A stretch of 20,000 nt of DNA, taken from the IMG/VR virus record IMGVR_UViG_3300048592_001370. One strand, written 5' to 3'. Made by a program: the position numbers and the translations under genes. Below the pieces are notes generated by a model that saw only the letters and a list, made by a program, of their open reading frames with translations, made no database searches and was not told the origin of the DNA. This document shows, piece after piece, positions 1-8,652 of the stretch. Source of the DNA: an uncultured virus (IMG/VR IMGVR_UViG_3300048592_001370) (taxonomy: Duplodnaviria; Heunggongvirae; Uroviricota; Caudoviricetes). Position 1 is the stretch's first letter. Each line of letters opens with the position of its first letter.

Positions 1-1075
1 AGACCAGAATCGTACTAGCAACAAAAGACCACGCTAGCACCCAAAGGAATTTGTCGTCCCTCAGAACGGTAGGCGAACCCAACTCCATTCCGAAGGTCAT
101 GCAGATTGCCATCATTACGGCCGCGAAGGGAGCTCCGGGAACTCCGAACAGGATCGCCGGGATCAAGCTGCTGGCCTTCTGACTATTGTTCGCACCCTCC
201 GGACCGATCACTCCCTTGACGTTACCTGTCCCGAATTCGATTTGTTCCTTCGGATGCTTCGACGTTGTCCAGGTGTAGGCCAGTAAATCGCCAATGCTGC
301 CACCCACTCCAGGAAGCATTCCTGTGAAGAATCCTATAGCTCCGCCTTGCAGAGCAAGTTTCCTATTGATCCAAACGTCTCGAAAACCTTGTCGGACTTG
401 TGACCAGTAATCAAGAATGAGGGCGTGTTTCTGATTTCTGCCTTTCCAACCGTCGACTATTTCCGGTATGCCGAATAGTCCCGCCACTATGGGAAGGATT
501 TGAATACCCGCGTTCAAGTAGTCCCAACCACCTGTCAGACGCGGTACGCCAGTTCCGGCATCTAGTCCTACCAGGCCGAGCAAGGCTCCTATCCCGATAG
601 ACGGCAAGCTTAGCACAGGGTTCTTGCGTGTGATGAAAGCAACGCAGCACAAGCTGAGTATGGTGAACGCAGCGAATTCAGGTACGCCCAAGTAGAGTAT
701 GACTTGTCGATAGAAGGGTAGCAACCCAAAAGCTAGGAGCCCCCAGAAAACACCATTGAACGTAGAAGTGAGAAGGGCTGCAGAGATAGCTCGGGCCGCC
801 TCACCGCGCAAGGCCATGGGATAGCCATCGAAAACCGTCGACGCCGTCGTGTTTGACCCGGGAACACCTGTTAGGATAGACGAGAACGAATCTCCTGTGC
901 TTGATGCTGCAATGAGCGACGTTAGGAAGATGATTCCGAGATAGGGATTGGCTAGGAAATGGTCAGACAATGCAAAAACCGTTATCAGACCTGTGGTTGC
1001 ACCGGCAACGGGAACGACACCGATGAAAAAGCCGTACAGCGTACCCAGCAACAAATACAGCAGCTCATCCAACAT
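1..1075 (-). CDS. tctA: Tripartite tricarboxylate transporter TctA-family permease (runs off the window at position 1)
   Basis: Not in the ORF track (no stop in window). Manual translation from ATG 1075: MLDELLYLLLGTLYGFFIGVVPVAGATTGL...ILTGVPGSNTTASTVFDGYPMALRGEAARA...FGTGNVKGVIGPEGANNSQKASSLIPAILFGVPG. Contains the TctA-typical PG..DGYPMA and PEGANN..PG motifs and many TM segments. Confidence 0.9.
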   Translation of the reverse strand, partial: MLDELLYLLLGTLYGFFIGVVPVAGATTGLITVFALSDHFLANPYLGIIFLTSLIAASSTGDSFSSILTGVPGSNTTASTVFDGYPMALRGEAARAISAALLTSTFNGVFWGLLAFGLLPFYRQVILYLGVPEFAAFTILSLCCVAFITRKNPVLSLPSIGIGALLGLVGLDAGTGVPRLTGGWDYLNAGIQILPIVAGLFGIPEIVDGWKGRNQKHALILDYWSQVRQGFRDVWINRKLALQGGAIGFFTGMLPGVGGSIGDLLAYTWTTSKHPKEQIEFGTGNVKGVIGPEGANNSQKASSLIPAILFGVPGAPFAAVMMAICMTFGMELGSPTVLRDDKFLWVLAWSFVASTILV

Positions 1076-1361
1076 TGAGCTGCTCCTTGGTCTGGAACGG
1101 CCAGGAACGCTCCATTATTGGCTGCACCCAATGTCCGAAAAGAGCTTCTTCCTGTCCGCGTACAGAAGTAACGAGATGGAGGGCGTAGGCGCGAGCCTCT
1201 TGTTCCGACAGGTACCGAGTGGCACTGGAAAAGAGTTCGGCATCGAGGCGTTTGATTCCCGCCTCGGTGAACGGATACTTCATCAAGCTTGGGACTTGCC
1301 GTACTCGATATTCCTTTTTTGGTCCATCGTTGTTTGCGAGGATGTAGACGTAGGCCGACAT
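1065..1361 (-). CDS. Hypothetical protein (98 aa, MSAYVYILANNDG...)
   Basis: Trimmed from track ORF 1065..1484 to the ATG at 1361, which has an AGGGA RBS; its stop overlaps the tctA start. Confidence 0.65.
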   Translation of the reverse strand: MSAYVYILANNDGPKKEYRVRQVPSLMKYPFTEAGIKRLDAELFSSATRYLSEQEARAYALHLVTSVRGQEEALFGHWVQPIMERSWPFQTKEQLNVG

Positions 1362-2071
1362 ATATGTTCCCTTGGTGGTTTCTTGTAGCGAAATACCAAG
1401 CGGCCATTGTCTTCTGTCTGGATAGGACCGATCACTTCGACATTGAACAGTTTTGCAAAGTCGGATATCCAGACTTCGTCCCAAGGAAAATATTCCATCT
1501 CAGGATCGGTAGGATGTGATAGTCCAGGATTGACACGGAAGATAGCCAAGCCGCTTGGTGCCAGGATTCTAAGGACCTTTTCCACGCTTGCATGAATAAC
1601 GTGAAAGGATCCGAAGTTGATGCTTCCTAGTGCTAAAACGACATCGTAGAATTCGTCTTCACAGTCGAACTCTAAGAAATCGACCACGCGGTCGGCGTTC
1701 GGATTGAACTTGTCGATACCGTACAGGTTCGGTATCTTGTCACGGAAGGGGTTATCTCCACAACCTATGTCGAGAACGCGTCTCGGTTGGAGAGCGTTCA
1801 CTTCTTCAACAAGGTTGCACCCGCTATATTTGAGGGATTCGATGTTTGAGACATACACGCCAGTGAAATGCTTCTTGAGCATCTCTTCCTCGTTTTGCGT
1901 GTACCCCGTTAAATTACAGTCACTCAGAATTTTCTCGATCCCTTTGTGATGACGACTACTAGCCGCGGCCACACCATGCGCGTAGTCACTTTCGCCCGCG
2001 CAATAGTCAGACGCTACCATCTCACGTATGCGATACAGGGCTCGTTCCAGACGAGCTTCTCTGTCACTCAC
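1283..2071 (-). CDS. Class I SAM-dependent methyltransferase
   Basis: Motif I RVLDIGCG, then LYGID and YDVVLALGSINFG..LAPSG. Probable GTG start at 2071 overlaps the upstream TGA (GTGA). Confidence 0.85.
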   Translation of the reverse strand: MSDREARLERALYRIREMVASDYCAGESDYAHGVAAASSRHHKGIEKILSDCNLTGYTQNEEEMLKKHFTGVYVSNIESLKYSGCNLVEEVNALQPRRVLDIGCGDNPFRDKIPNLYGIDKFNPNADRVVDFLEFDCEDEFYDVVLALGSINFGSFHVIHASVEKVLRILAPSGLAIFRVNPGLSHPTDPEMEYFPWDEVWISDFAKLFNVEVIGPIQTEDNGRLVFRYKKPPREHICRPTSTSSQTTMDQKRNIEYGKSQA

Positions 2072-2862
2072 CGATTTGCCAGTTTCTGGACGTTGTTCCT
2101 TATCTCGTTCCATTTTTGGACATGCCTCGCGACGTTGTGAAAGTTGACTTGGGCCCAATTGTTCGTCTTGACTTGCTTGAGTTTGCGCAGACGCTCGATA
2201 GCTTGTGTCATCCAGTGAGTACGCATCCACTTGCCGTACGATGTGAAGTATTGAACGCCGGTAACAAACTTTATCTGCCCATCGAGGTAACTGCTCCACT
2301 TCGGGAAGTCGAACGTATCCGATACTATTTCGTGATACAGGCCAAGAAGCAGTTCCTGGCCTTCGGCGTCGTGCAGATGGAATGGAAGAAACACGTCCGC
2401 GTCGCGCAAAGCCTTCTCGATCAGGGTAGTAGGTTCTTTCGGAAAATAACCACCGTGATATACGGTCTTCCGAATGGCTTCTGCTATTGTATCACGGTTC
2501 GACCGGTCCAGGAATGCGATTTCCTGCTCTTGGCACGCCTGTCGGAGACAGTAGACAGCGATTTCTACGTTCTCGGGATCGGAGAGTTGACCAACCGAAT
2601 GGCCGCAGTCGTGAAACATGGCCGCAACAACACCTAGCGTCTGCGAATACTTTTTCGTCAGAGGACCGTCGTACTCTTCGTGGTCCAGAATAGCCATGAC
2701 GTCGCACACCATGTACTTCATGTGCTGCAATCCGTGATAGGGTGCCCCAGAAGCTGGATTGTGTATCAGCCACCAATCGTACAAGCTGGATAACCCCAAG
2801 TTCTTGATTATCAGATCGAAGCGATTCGGATGGTACAGAGCTAGGTGTTGTTTTGGGATCAT
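2068..2862 (-). CDS. HD-superfamily metal-dependent phosphohydrolase
   Basis: PYHGLQH...AAMFHDCGHS...LRDAD motif pattern. Confidence 0.8.
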   Translation of the reverse strand: MIPKQHLALYHPNRFDLIIKNLGLSSLYDWWLIHNPASGAPYHGLQHMKYMVCDVMAILDHEEYDGPLTKKYSQTLGVVAAMFHDCGHSVGQLSDPENVEIAVYCLRQACQEQEIAFLDRSNRDTIAEAIRKTVYHGGYFPKEPTTLIEKALRDADVFLPFHLHDAEGQELLLGLYHEIVSDTFDFPKWSSYLDGQIKFVTGVQYFTSYGKWMRTHWMTQAIERLRKLKQVKTNNWAQVNFHNVARHVQKWNEIRNNVQKLANR

Positions 2863-3101
2863 TTCAGCAGACCAAGGAACATCTTGATGATGTCGAGTGC
2901 TTGTTGGAATTTGATCTGGCGTTCCACCGAATCCATCGAGTCCTTGATGCTCTCGATGTTGACGATGTCTTGTGCCAGTTCATCGTACTCGTCCTGGGTA
3001 ATGGAACCGGCATCCAACCGTTGCTTCAACTGGACAGCACGTTGGGCCGCTTCGGCGACGGGAACTTCTTCGTCCGACAACAGTTCGGTAATGGTCATCA
3101 T
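2859..3101 (-). CDS. Hypothetical helical protein (80 aa)
   Basis: Overlaps both neighbours by 4 nt; amphipathic helical sequence. Confidence 0.75.
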   Translation of the reverse strand: MMTITELLSDEEVPVAEAAQRAVQLKQRLDAGSITQDEYDELAQDIVNIESIKDSMDSVERQIKFQQALDIIKMFLGLLK

Positions 3102-3481
3102 TGCATTTTCCCTGTGGTAGTCAGAATCAGGTCAGCACCCCTTGCGATATTTGCTGCCTTCTCTTCGCAGTAGGCTTTCGTCGGAACAGCCGCTTGGGAA
3201 TAACGGGCTCGCATCTCAGACGTCATCCCGTACAACTCCTTCGCTGCGTTATACACATCTTCTCGACCGGCTTTGTGCTGGGTATAGACCACCGCGTACT
3301 GCGAGGTAGCCTCCATCTGGGCAACAAGCAACGAAGCCTCTTGCGGGCTGTTACACTTCTTGTGGATTTGATCGGCCAGAACGCGAACGCCGACGAAGGC
3401 TGAGTACTCGCTACTGTCAAACTTTACGCTGGCACAGGCAACCAAGAAGATTGCCACAGACAGCAGAAACAGCTTCTTCAT
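3098..3481 (-). CDS. Putative lipoprotein
   Basis: MKK + hydrophobic stretch + lipobox LVAC; AGGAG RBS. Confidence 0.75.
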   Translation of the reverse strand: MKKLFLLSVAIFLVACASVKFDSSEYSAFVGVRVLADQIHKKCNSPQEASLLVAQMEATSQYAVVYTQHKAGREDVYNAAKELYGMTSEMRARYSQAAVPTKAYCEEKAANIARGADLILTTTGKMQ

Positions 3482-3489
3482 AACTTCTC

Positions 3490-4029
3490 CTAAACGAATT
3501 TTGCAAACTCGATCATAGCAGCTAACGCATCACTGCCGTCTCTGCTATAACCACCGATAAGCCACCAGCCACCGTCAAGGTAGTACAACTTTGCGCCATT
3601 GTGAAACAAGAAAACTTCTTGGGGTTTGCCAAGGAACCAATTGATCTGAGGAAAGACAGAAGCCGTTTTGTGCTCGTCACACAGCTTCCGGACCACCTTC
3701 ATTACCAAATCCTTTTGTGCCTGGAAGCGAATCAAGCATTTCTCACTCGTGGGATTCTGAACCGAGAAGAGGAGTGGCTTGTCGGTCCTTTTTGCGAGCT
3801 GTTCGAGATGGCTGTCTGTTATTTTGTCACTGGATTGTGACAAAAAGTGCCGCAGATTGCTTCCGTACTCTTGGGGAAGCAGACGAGTGCCTATTCTTGT
3901 TGTGGCTACGGCCTGTGTATCCTCTAGTAGATGCGGCTCCTCTACTGCTTTCTCCTCTCCTGTGAGAACGCGTTTCTCCACCTTCTTCATATAGGACAGA
4001 AGTGGATTGATATTTATGCGCTCAACCAT
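3490..4029 (-). CDS. Hypothetical protein
   Basis: Trimmed from 3490..4149 to ATG 4029 (MVERIN), which overlaps the upstream stop; ATG 3990 is an alternative start. Confidence 0.65.
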   Translation of the reverse strand: MVERININPLLSYMKKVEKRVLTGEEKAVEEPHLLEDTQAVATTRIGTRLLPQEYGSNLRHFLSQSSDKITDSHLEQLAKRTDKPLLFSVQNPTSEKCLIRFQAQKDLVMKVVRKLCDEHKTASVFPQINWFLGKPQEVFLFHNGAKLYYLDGGWWLIGGYSRDGSDALAAMIEFAKFV

Positions 4030-4240
4030 CGAGATACTTCCCACAGCAGCGACACGCCAATTGCATCTTCTCTCCCGGATCGGCCGCGTTGTATTTTTCG
4101 TGTCCGAAGATCCAGCAGATGACACGTCCGAACGTGTCTTTCCACACAAGGGACTGGAATCGTTTGCGCTTCAGATCCGAAAAGAAGTTCTCCCGGCCGT
4201 GTTTGTTGAAAAGATCATAGCTTGGTCTGGATGCTCCCAT
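4022..4240 (-). CDS. Hypothetical protein with C..H..CxxC possible Zn-binding motif
   Basis: GAGGA RBS; ICWIFGH...CRCCG. Confidence 0.65.
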   Translation of the reverse strand: MGASRPSYDLFNKHGRENFFSDLKRKRFQSLVWKDTFGRVICWIFGHEKYNAADPGEKMQLACRCCGKYLDG

Positions 4241-4247
4241 GTGTTCC

Positions 4248-4523
4248 TCACCGTTTAACTCGAACCGTCATGCCATCGCGTATCATCAGGCCGGTCCGCT
4301 CGAAGAAAGCAAGGCACTTTGCCAATTCCTCTTCGGACCGCCAGTCGACCCCTAGGACTTTCAGTTGGAAACCGATCTGGAGCATGTTAATGTTCCGCAT
4401 GTGCGTCCATGTCTCGGGCAAAAGCTTCTTGATCTTGTCTGTGTTCTGCTTCATCCACTCCGGATTGCCTAACGTAGCGGACAGAGGAATGAGACCGTTA
4501 CTTGACGTGGGGTTTTCTTGCAT
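4248..4523 (-). CDS. Hypothetical protein (91 aa)
   Basis: AAGGA RBS; fits the co-directional gene packing. Confidence 0.7.
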   Translation of the reverse strand: MQENPTSSNGLIPLSATLGNPEWMKQNTDKIKKLLPETWTHMRNINMLQIGFQLKVLGVDWRSEEELAKCLAFFERTGLMIRDGMTVRVKR

Positions 4524-4950
4524 AGATCAGTCCTTTTTCGTTCGCATATAGGTCGCGCGTCTTGAAATCCTCAAAGACACGTCGTTCAACGGCATCGAGA
4601 TCCACGTCGATCTCGAAGGCCAGACGCTTGGCCATGAGAACAACATCTGCGCACTCGCCGGCCATATCCACAATGCTGTGTGCTCGTCGCAGGTCACTCG
4701 GAAAGACCGTTTCACCCGAGTGATAGGATTCTTTGACAGCCTGATTGTAGACGGAATCCGCGATGTGACCAAATATTTGGTCAACGGTCAGCCCACACGC
4801 TATGCCAAGCTCGGCGGCTTCCTCCAAGAGGCGTCCGGCCAAGGCAGATACATCAGGAGAGTTGCCTGCGATGGAGCGGCAGAACTCGCCCACTTCTTTA
4901 GGGTGGACAGGAACTACTGCGTCCTTTCCTTCGTCGAAAAGTTTAACCAC
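4498..4950 (-). CDS. MazG-like nucleoside triphosphate pyrophosphohydrolase (putative)
   Basis: EExxE (LLEEAAEL) and ExxD (GECADV) acidic helices followed by DLD..F..R, typical of all-alpha NTP pyrophosphatases; AGGAGGAG RBS, GTG start. Confidence 0.65.
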   Translation of the reverse strand: MVKLFDEGKDAVVPVHPKEVGEFCRSIAGNSPDVSALAGRLLEEAAELGIACGLTVDQIFGHIADSVYNQAVKESYHSGETVFPSDLRRAHSIVDMAGECADVVLMAKRLAFEIDVDLDAVERRVFEDFKTRDLYANEKGLIYARKPHVK

Positions 4951-5173
4951 GTCGTTCTCCTCCTACCAAGGTTACCTCGGTTAAAGATGCTACAACTACT
5001 TCGCCGCGTCGCAAGTTCTTTCGCAGCAGAACACGGTGTGTGACAACAAAAGGAACACCGCCCCTTGCTAAGACCGAGGCGGCGGATTGCAAACGGGAAG
5101 GATCTGAATCGGCTATCCGAATGCAGATATCGACCAACTGATACGTCAAGTGATCGTTGCGTTGTTCTGACAT
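4943..5173 (-). CDS. Hypothetical protein (MSEQRNDHL...)
   Basis: Trimmed from track ORF 4943..5245; fits packing. Confidence 0.55.
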   Translation of the reverse strand: MSEQRNDHLTYQLVDICIRIADSDPSRLQSAASVLARGGVPFVVTHRVLLRKNLRRGEVVVASLTEVTLVGGERRG

Positions 5174-5448
5174 AGGAGTGCCTGTCTGGTTCGTTCCTCT
5201 TGAGCCGCTACTCTGAGTTGAGATCTTGCCATCCTCAAACCCCAAGCGACATATCTGCGTTCTCGCATGTGCTGACGTGTGAAAGACACGCTGAGGGATA
5301 CGTATCTGTCACCTACCAATCTGCGCATGTGATAGACCACAATGTTGGTTTCCCTATCAAGCCCATGCTCATTGGAGAATACGCTAACTTGCGACTTAGC
5401 ATTCGTCACCGTCACTGCTGAAATGTTGGGCTTGTCAGGTATCCGCAT
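5146..5448 (-). CDS. Hypothetical protein (100 aa)
   Basis: ATG 2 nt after the upstream stop. Confidence 0.6.
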   Translation of the reverse strand: MRIPDKPNISAVTVTNAKSQVSVFSNEHGLDRETNIVVYHMRRLVGDRYVSLSVSFTRQHMRERRYVAWGLRMARSQLRVAAQEERTRQALLCQNNATIT

Positions 5449-5450
5449 GG

Positions 5451-5828
5451 TCAGTACCCGCTCGTAATCAAATCCATGAAAAAGTTCCCTTCTCTCGCAT
5501 CGGACAACTGGCTCCAGCGATTCTTCAGACTGGAAGTCGCGTTGTCCTTGGCCTTGAGGAAGGCTATTCCTTTTGGCGTCGCGAGAAGGAGCTTCTCCAA
5601 CTCGTGTTCGCTCTCGTCGTTACCCCAGATGGTGACAAACTCCCAGAGCATCCGTTTGAAGCGTCGATTGAGTGCGATGATCTTGTCGCGCTGGATAACA
5701 AGGTCTTCCTCTGTGCGTGTCCGGTCAATGTCGCGGACTATTTCGCTGAAGGAACAATTCATCCAGTGAATGTACCAGTCTGCGAGTTCCCTCCACGTGA
5801 TGGCTTTGTCTAGTGCTTCGCTCTTCAT
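5451..5828 (-). CDS. Hypothetical protein (125 aa)
   Basis: Co-directional ORF just downstream of tRNA-Thr. Confidence 0.7.
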   Translation of the reverse strand: MKSEALDKAITWRELADWYIHWMNCSFSEIVRDIDRTRTEEDLVIQRDKIIALNRRFKRMLWEFVTIWGNDESEHELEKLLLATPKGIAFLKAKDNATSSLKNRWSQLSDAREGNFFMDLITSGY

Positions 5829-5853
5829 TGTGTTCTACCAAAAATGGTGGATG

Positions 5854-5929
<76 letters not shown>

Positions 5930-5933
5930 TGTT

Positions 5934-6503
5934 CTAAAGCGCCGCTATTTCGCCAAACTTTGTTGCGTCTATTTCGGCCAACTTGTATCTAAGTGACGCA
6001 TACGTCATACCCAGACCTAGCGCTTCGGCGTTTGGCAAATCTCTACCTAGAGTAGTTGATAAGCTTGTCAAATAGGCTCCACGCAAACACATAAGCTTCT
6101 TGTGTTCTCCCTCCGGCGTAACAAAGCCAATCTCGGCGTAGGTCTCTTCCTGGACGATCGCCTTTTCTACGAGCGTTTTGTAGAAATTCGGATCACTTGA
6201 ACCAAGGGTCATCGTTTGATATACCGATTGTATATCCAACCACACTCCAAGAGACGTAGCGATTTGCGGGAGTGGTTCCCACTCCAACCCCAACTCTCCA
6301 TCTAGGAGGAAAGTCTGCCCGAACAAGCGAGCATAGAGAGTACCGAGTACGTCCGAGAATTCCGCTAAGTAGGTCGGATCCTTGACTTGCTCTTTCGCAA
6401 CCCAATCCGTGAGTTCCTTGTCCGGAGCCGCCACGGCGCTAATGGCAGGAAGGCCCAACAGGGCCGTGAGAGTTTGCAGAAATTGTCGACGGTTGACTGA
6501 CAT
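5934..6503 (-). CDS. Hypothetical protein with N-terminal twin-arginine-like signal; C-terminus weakly tail-tube-like
   Basis: NRRQFLQ + hydrophobic segment + AVA; C-terminal beta-rich GFVTPEGE..LRGAYLTSL..LRY. Confidence 0.7.
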   Translation of the reverse strand: MSVNRRQFLQTLTALLGLPAISAVAAPDKELTDWVAKEQVKDPTYLAEFSDVLGTLYARLFGQTFLLDGELGLEWEPLPQIATSLGVWLDIQSVYQTMTLGSSDPNFYKTLVEKAIVQEETYAEIGFVTPEGEHKKLMCLRGAYLTSLSTTLGRDLPNAEALGLGMTYASLRYKLAEIDATKFGEIAAL

Positions 6504-6504
6504 A

Positions 6505-6963
6505 TCAGCGATCCTTTCGGTAGTGAAACTTGACGAGAGCGTTCGTATGAACTGACATTGTGCTACAGTCTACGATCATTTCGCTTGTACCCCGCGCTGA
6601 GGTGTGACCGAAGATAAGGTGGGTGCCTTTCAACTCGATCAAAAGCCTCGATTCCCCGTCCATGTCACAGAAACCCCTTACTGTGGGCTTCCCGTATTTG
6701 TCCTCGAACTGTTTGAACGACCGATGGAAGTGCGGGAAACTGGTCTCGATCAAAAGTTGTGGAATCTCGAAACAGAAAACTCCCTTCGGTTCTGACGTTC
6801 GTTGAATGAGAGCATTCTTGACGAACAGGCTATTCTCGTAGGAGGATCGCTCAAGCATCGACTCCCTATCGAGAGGATGGCACACATTCAGCAATCCAAC
6901 GGTCGAGCAAAATTTGCTCGGCACCGAGACAGTTAGAAAGGGCAGACCCGTTTCCGGTTTCAC
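6505..6963 (-). CDS. Hypothetical protein (possible distant paralog of 5934..6503)
   Basis: Shares GF...(D/E)GE..L..L(K/R)G pattern with the neighbour; GTG start overlapping the upstream TGA, GGAG RBS. Confidence 0.65.
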   Translation of the reverse strand: MKPETGLPFLTVSVPSKFCSTVGLLNVCHPLDRESMLERSSYENSLFVKNALIQRTSEPKGVFCFEIPQLLIETSFPHFHRSFKQFEDKYGKPTVRGFCDMDGESRLLIELKGTHLIFGHTSARGTSEMIVDCSTMSVHTNALVKFHYRKDR

Positions 6964-7355
6964 CTCCGTACCTCGATGTCGGGTACAATCGCCAAGGGCT
7001 TGAACACCACACGGTAATGATACACGCTCGTTTTCGCCGGTTCAACCTGTTCGGCGAAATAAGTCACGTTGTCTGATAACCCAAGGAAATGCTTCTTGTA
7101 GTCGCTCGGCCCGGTCTTGCACGTCACAGTTACGGCCTTTGTTTCGCTGGCACTGCCTAGAGAGCAGAGTCCCTCGATGCTCAGCATGTATTCCCCGGTA
7201 ACTCCGTTGTAGAACACGACACGCCGATTGATCTCAAAGTTGTCCGCAGCCTTCGAGAGATTGGTTGAAGCGACATGAGCATCGCTACAGGCGGCAATTC
7301 CAAGAATCGCCAGGAACAAGGAGCCGGCACTAATAAACCCCAGAATGTCTTTCAT
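6960..7355 (-). CDS. Conserved phage lipoprotein
   Basis: Lipobox IAAC followed by SDAHVASTNLSKAADNFEINRRVVFYNG..EGLCS..KKHFLGLSDNVTYF, which I recognise as a widespread phage lipoprotein family. Confidence 0.8.
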   Translation of the reverse strand: MKDILGFISAGSLFLAILGIAACSDAHVASTNLSKAADNFEINRRVVFYNGVTGEYMLSIEGLCSLGSASETKAVTVTCKTGPSDYKKHFLGLSDNVTYFAEQVEPAKTSVYHYRVVFKPLAIVPDIEVRR

Positions 7356-7366
7356 TTCTCTACTCC

Positions 7367-7384
7367 TATTTACAAGTGAAATTA
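7367..7384 (-). promoter_or_regulatory. Repeated intergenic motif TAATTTCACTTGTAAATA (candidate phage promoter), copy 1
   Basis: 17/18 identical to 14137..14154; both are intergenic, same orientation and upstream of an RBS. Confidence 0.55.
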
Positions 7385-7387
7385 CGT

Positions 7388-7684
7388 CTAGCCCTGTTTC
7401 TTGATCTTGAAGTATTTTTGGTTGACCTGCAGTATCTCACCACTCACCAGACGTACATCGATCCAGGGTTTGCCGCGCTTCGACGGCCGAATGGCATTGG
7501 CAAAATGCTCGAACAGGGTTGCTTTCTCAAGACCTGTGATGAATCCATTGGATTGCTCACACAGAAGACGTTTCAGCCGTTTCTTCTTCTTGTCGTCCTT
7601 GTGGTATGAGACGATGAGTGGAGCGCGACAATAAATCCGGTAACGGACCTTCAAGGTATTGGTCTTGGTTCGCAATTTCGACAT
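7388..7684 (-). CDS. Hypothetical basic protein (98 aa)
   Basis: ATG abuts the upstream stop; K/R-rich. Confidence 0.65.
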   Translation of the reverse strand: MSKLRTKTNTLKVRYRIYCRAPLIVSYHKDDKKKKRLKRLLCEQSNGFITGLEKATLFEHFANAIRPSKRGKPWIDVRLVSGEILQVNQKYFKIKKQG

Positions 7685-8125
7685 TCAAGCCGCCTGTTTA
7701 AGATGCGTGTCCAGTATAACGATTCCGGAGATTTCAATACGAAGCGGCTTCGGTCCGTATTCGCCACCGATCAGTTCCTCTTTGCCGTCCCAAACATGCC
7801 ACAGCTCCCAACCGGAGACCTTGCTGCATCGGAGATGATACGCAAAGTTCCCGGACAACTCGTACCGAACGCCTCCGCAATAGCACTGCACATCGTGATA
7901 GGACAAAGGTTGTTGCCGAGAAGCTATTGCTCCGTCCAGAGCATTGGACAAGTGGTGTTCCAACGTCACCTGATTGACTTCCGGGAACGCTTCCTCCCAA
8001 TAGAGAATAACGTCCTTGATGATGTCCTGTACTACATCGAAATGTTTTTGCTGCTGGACAGAACGTCGCAATAGACGACGCAGAAAGAAGCGCTCAAGCA
8101 AGGTCATGAACGATTTCGTTACCAT
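7685..8125 (-). CDS. Hypothetical protein (MVTKSF...)
   Basis: GGAGG RBS before ATG 8125. Confidence 0.7.
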   Translation of the reverse strand: MVTKSFMTLLERFFLRRLLRRSVQQQKHFDVVQDIIKDVILYWEEAFPEVNQVTLEHHLSNALDGAIASRQQPLSYHDVQCYCGGVRYELSGNFAYHLRCSKVSGWELWHVWDGKEELIGGEYGPKPLRIEISGIVILDTHLKQAA

Positions 8126-8652
8126 ACGTCCTCCGTGTATAAAGTGCCGAAACAAACCAGAGTGCTGTGCTTCAACTGCTTGGCTGCCGTCGCGATAACA
8201 GCTGCCGTCTTGCGATCAACGAAACTCCCGTAGCTGGTGACAAATCCTTGCTCACCACGAATCGGCGTTGGAAGTCCTTCCTCGGCCATTAGATGGATGA
8301 TATGGTGATGCCTTGCCGGTATTGGCAGTTGCCATACGCGACCCGATTCGTCACGAATGGCGGCGGCAATGATGCAAAGCTGCTTCTGGTACAGACGTAC
8401 CCGTTTGACCGCTTTGCGGAAGCGCTTCTCTTCCGCTTTTCTCAACTGACTCAAGCGCTCGTCAGCCAATTGATCCACTCGACGACGTTGGATTCGACCC
8501 GTAGGACTACCTATCTGCGTAGGCTCGGGCGCGGGATCTATAGACGGTTCCGGAGGATCCTCGTGCCGACGAATAGGAAGGGCCGTGAACGGTAGATCGG
8601 TTAGGGCTGCTCCGAGTAAAGCGGCGGTAAGCAATGTGGTTCGTCTCGTCAT
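8119..8652 (-). CDS. Hypothetical phage protein
   Basis: C-terminal domain IIAAAIR..RHHH..QGFVTSYGSFVDR..LYTEDVW resembles a common uncharacterised phage family. Confidence 0.75.
   Translation of the reverse strand: MTRRTTLLTAALLGAALTDLPFTALPIRRHEDPPEPSIDPAPEPTQIGSPTGRIQRRRVDQLADERLSQLRKAEEKRFRKAVKRVRLYQKQLCIIAAAIRDESGRVWQLPIPARHHHIIHLMAEEGLPTPIRGEQGFVTSYGSFVDRKTAAVIATAAKQLKHSTLVCFGTLYTEDVW

Noticed and set aside
411..650. 79-aa minus-strand ORF
   Set aside because: Out-of-frame overlap inside the TctA gene.
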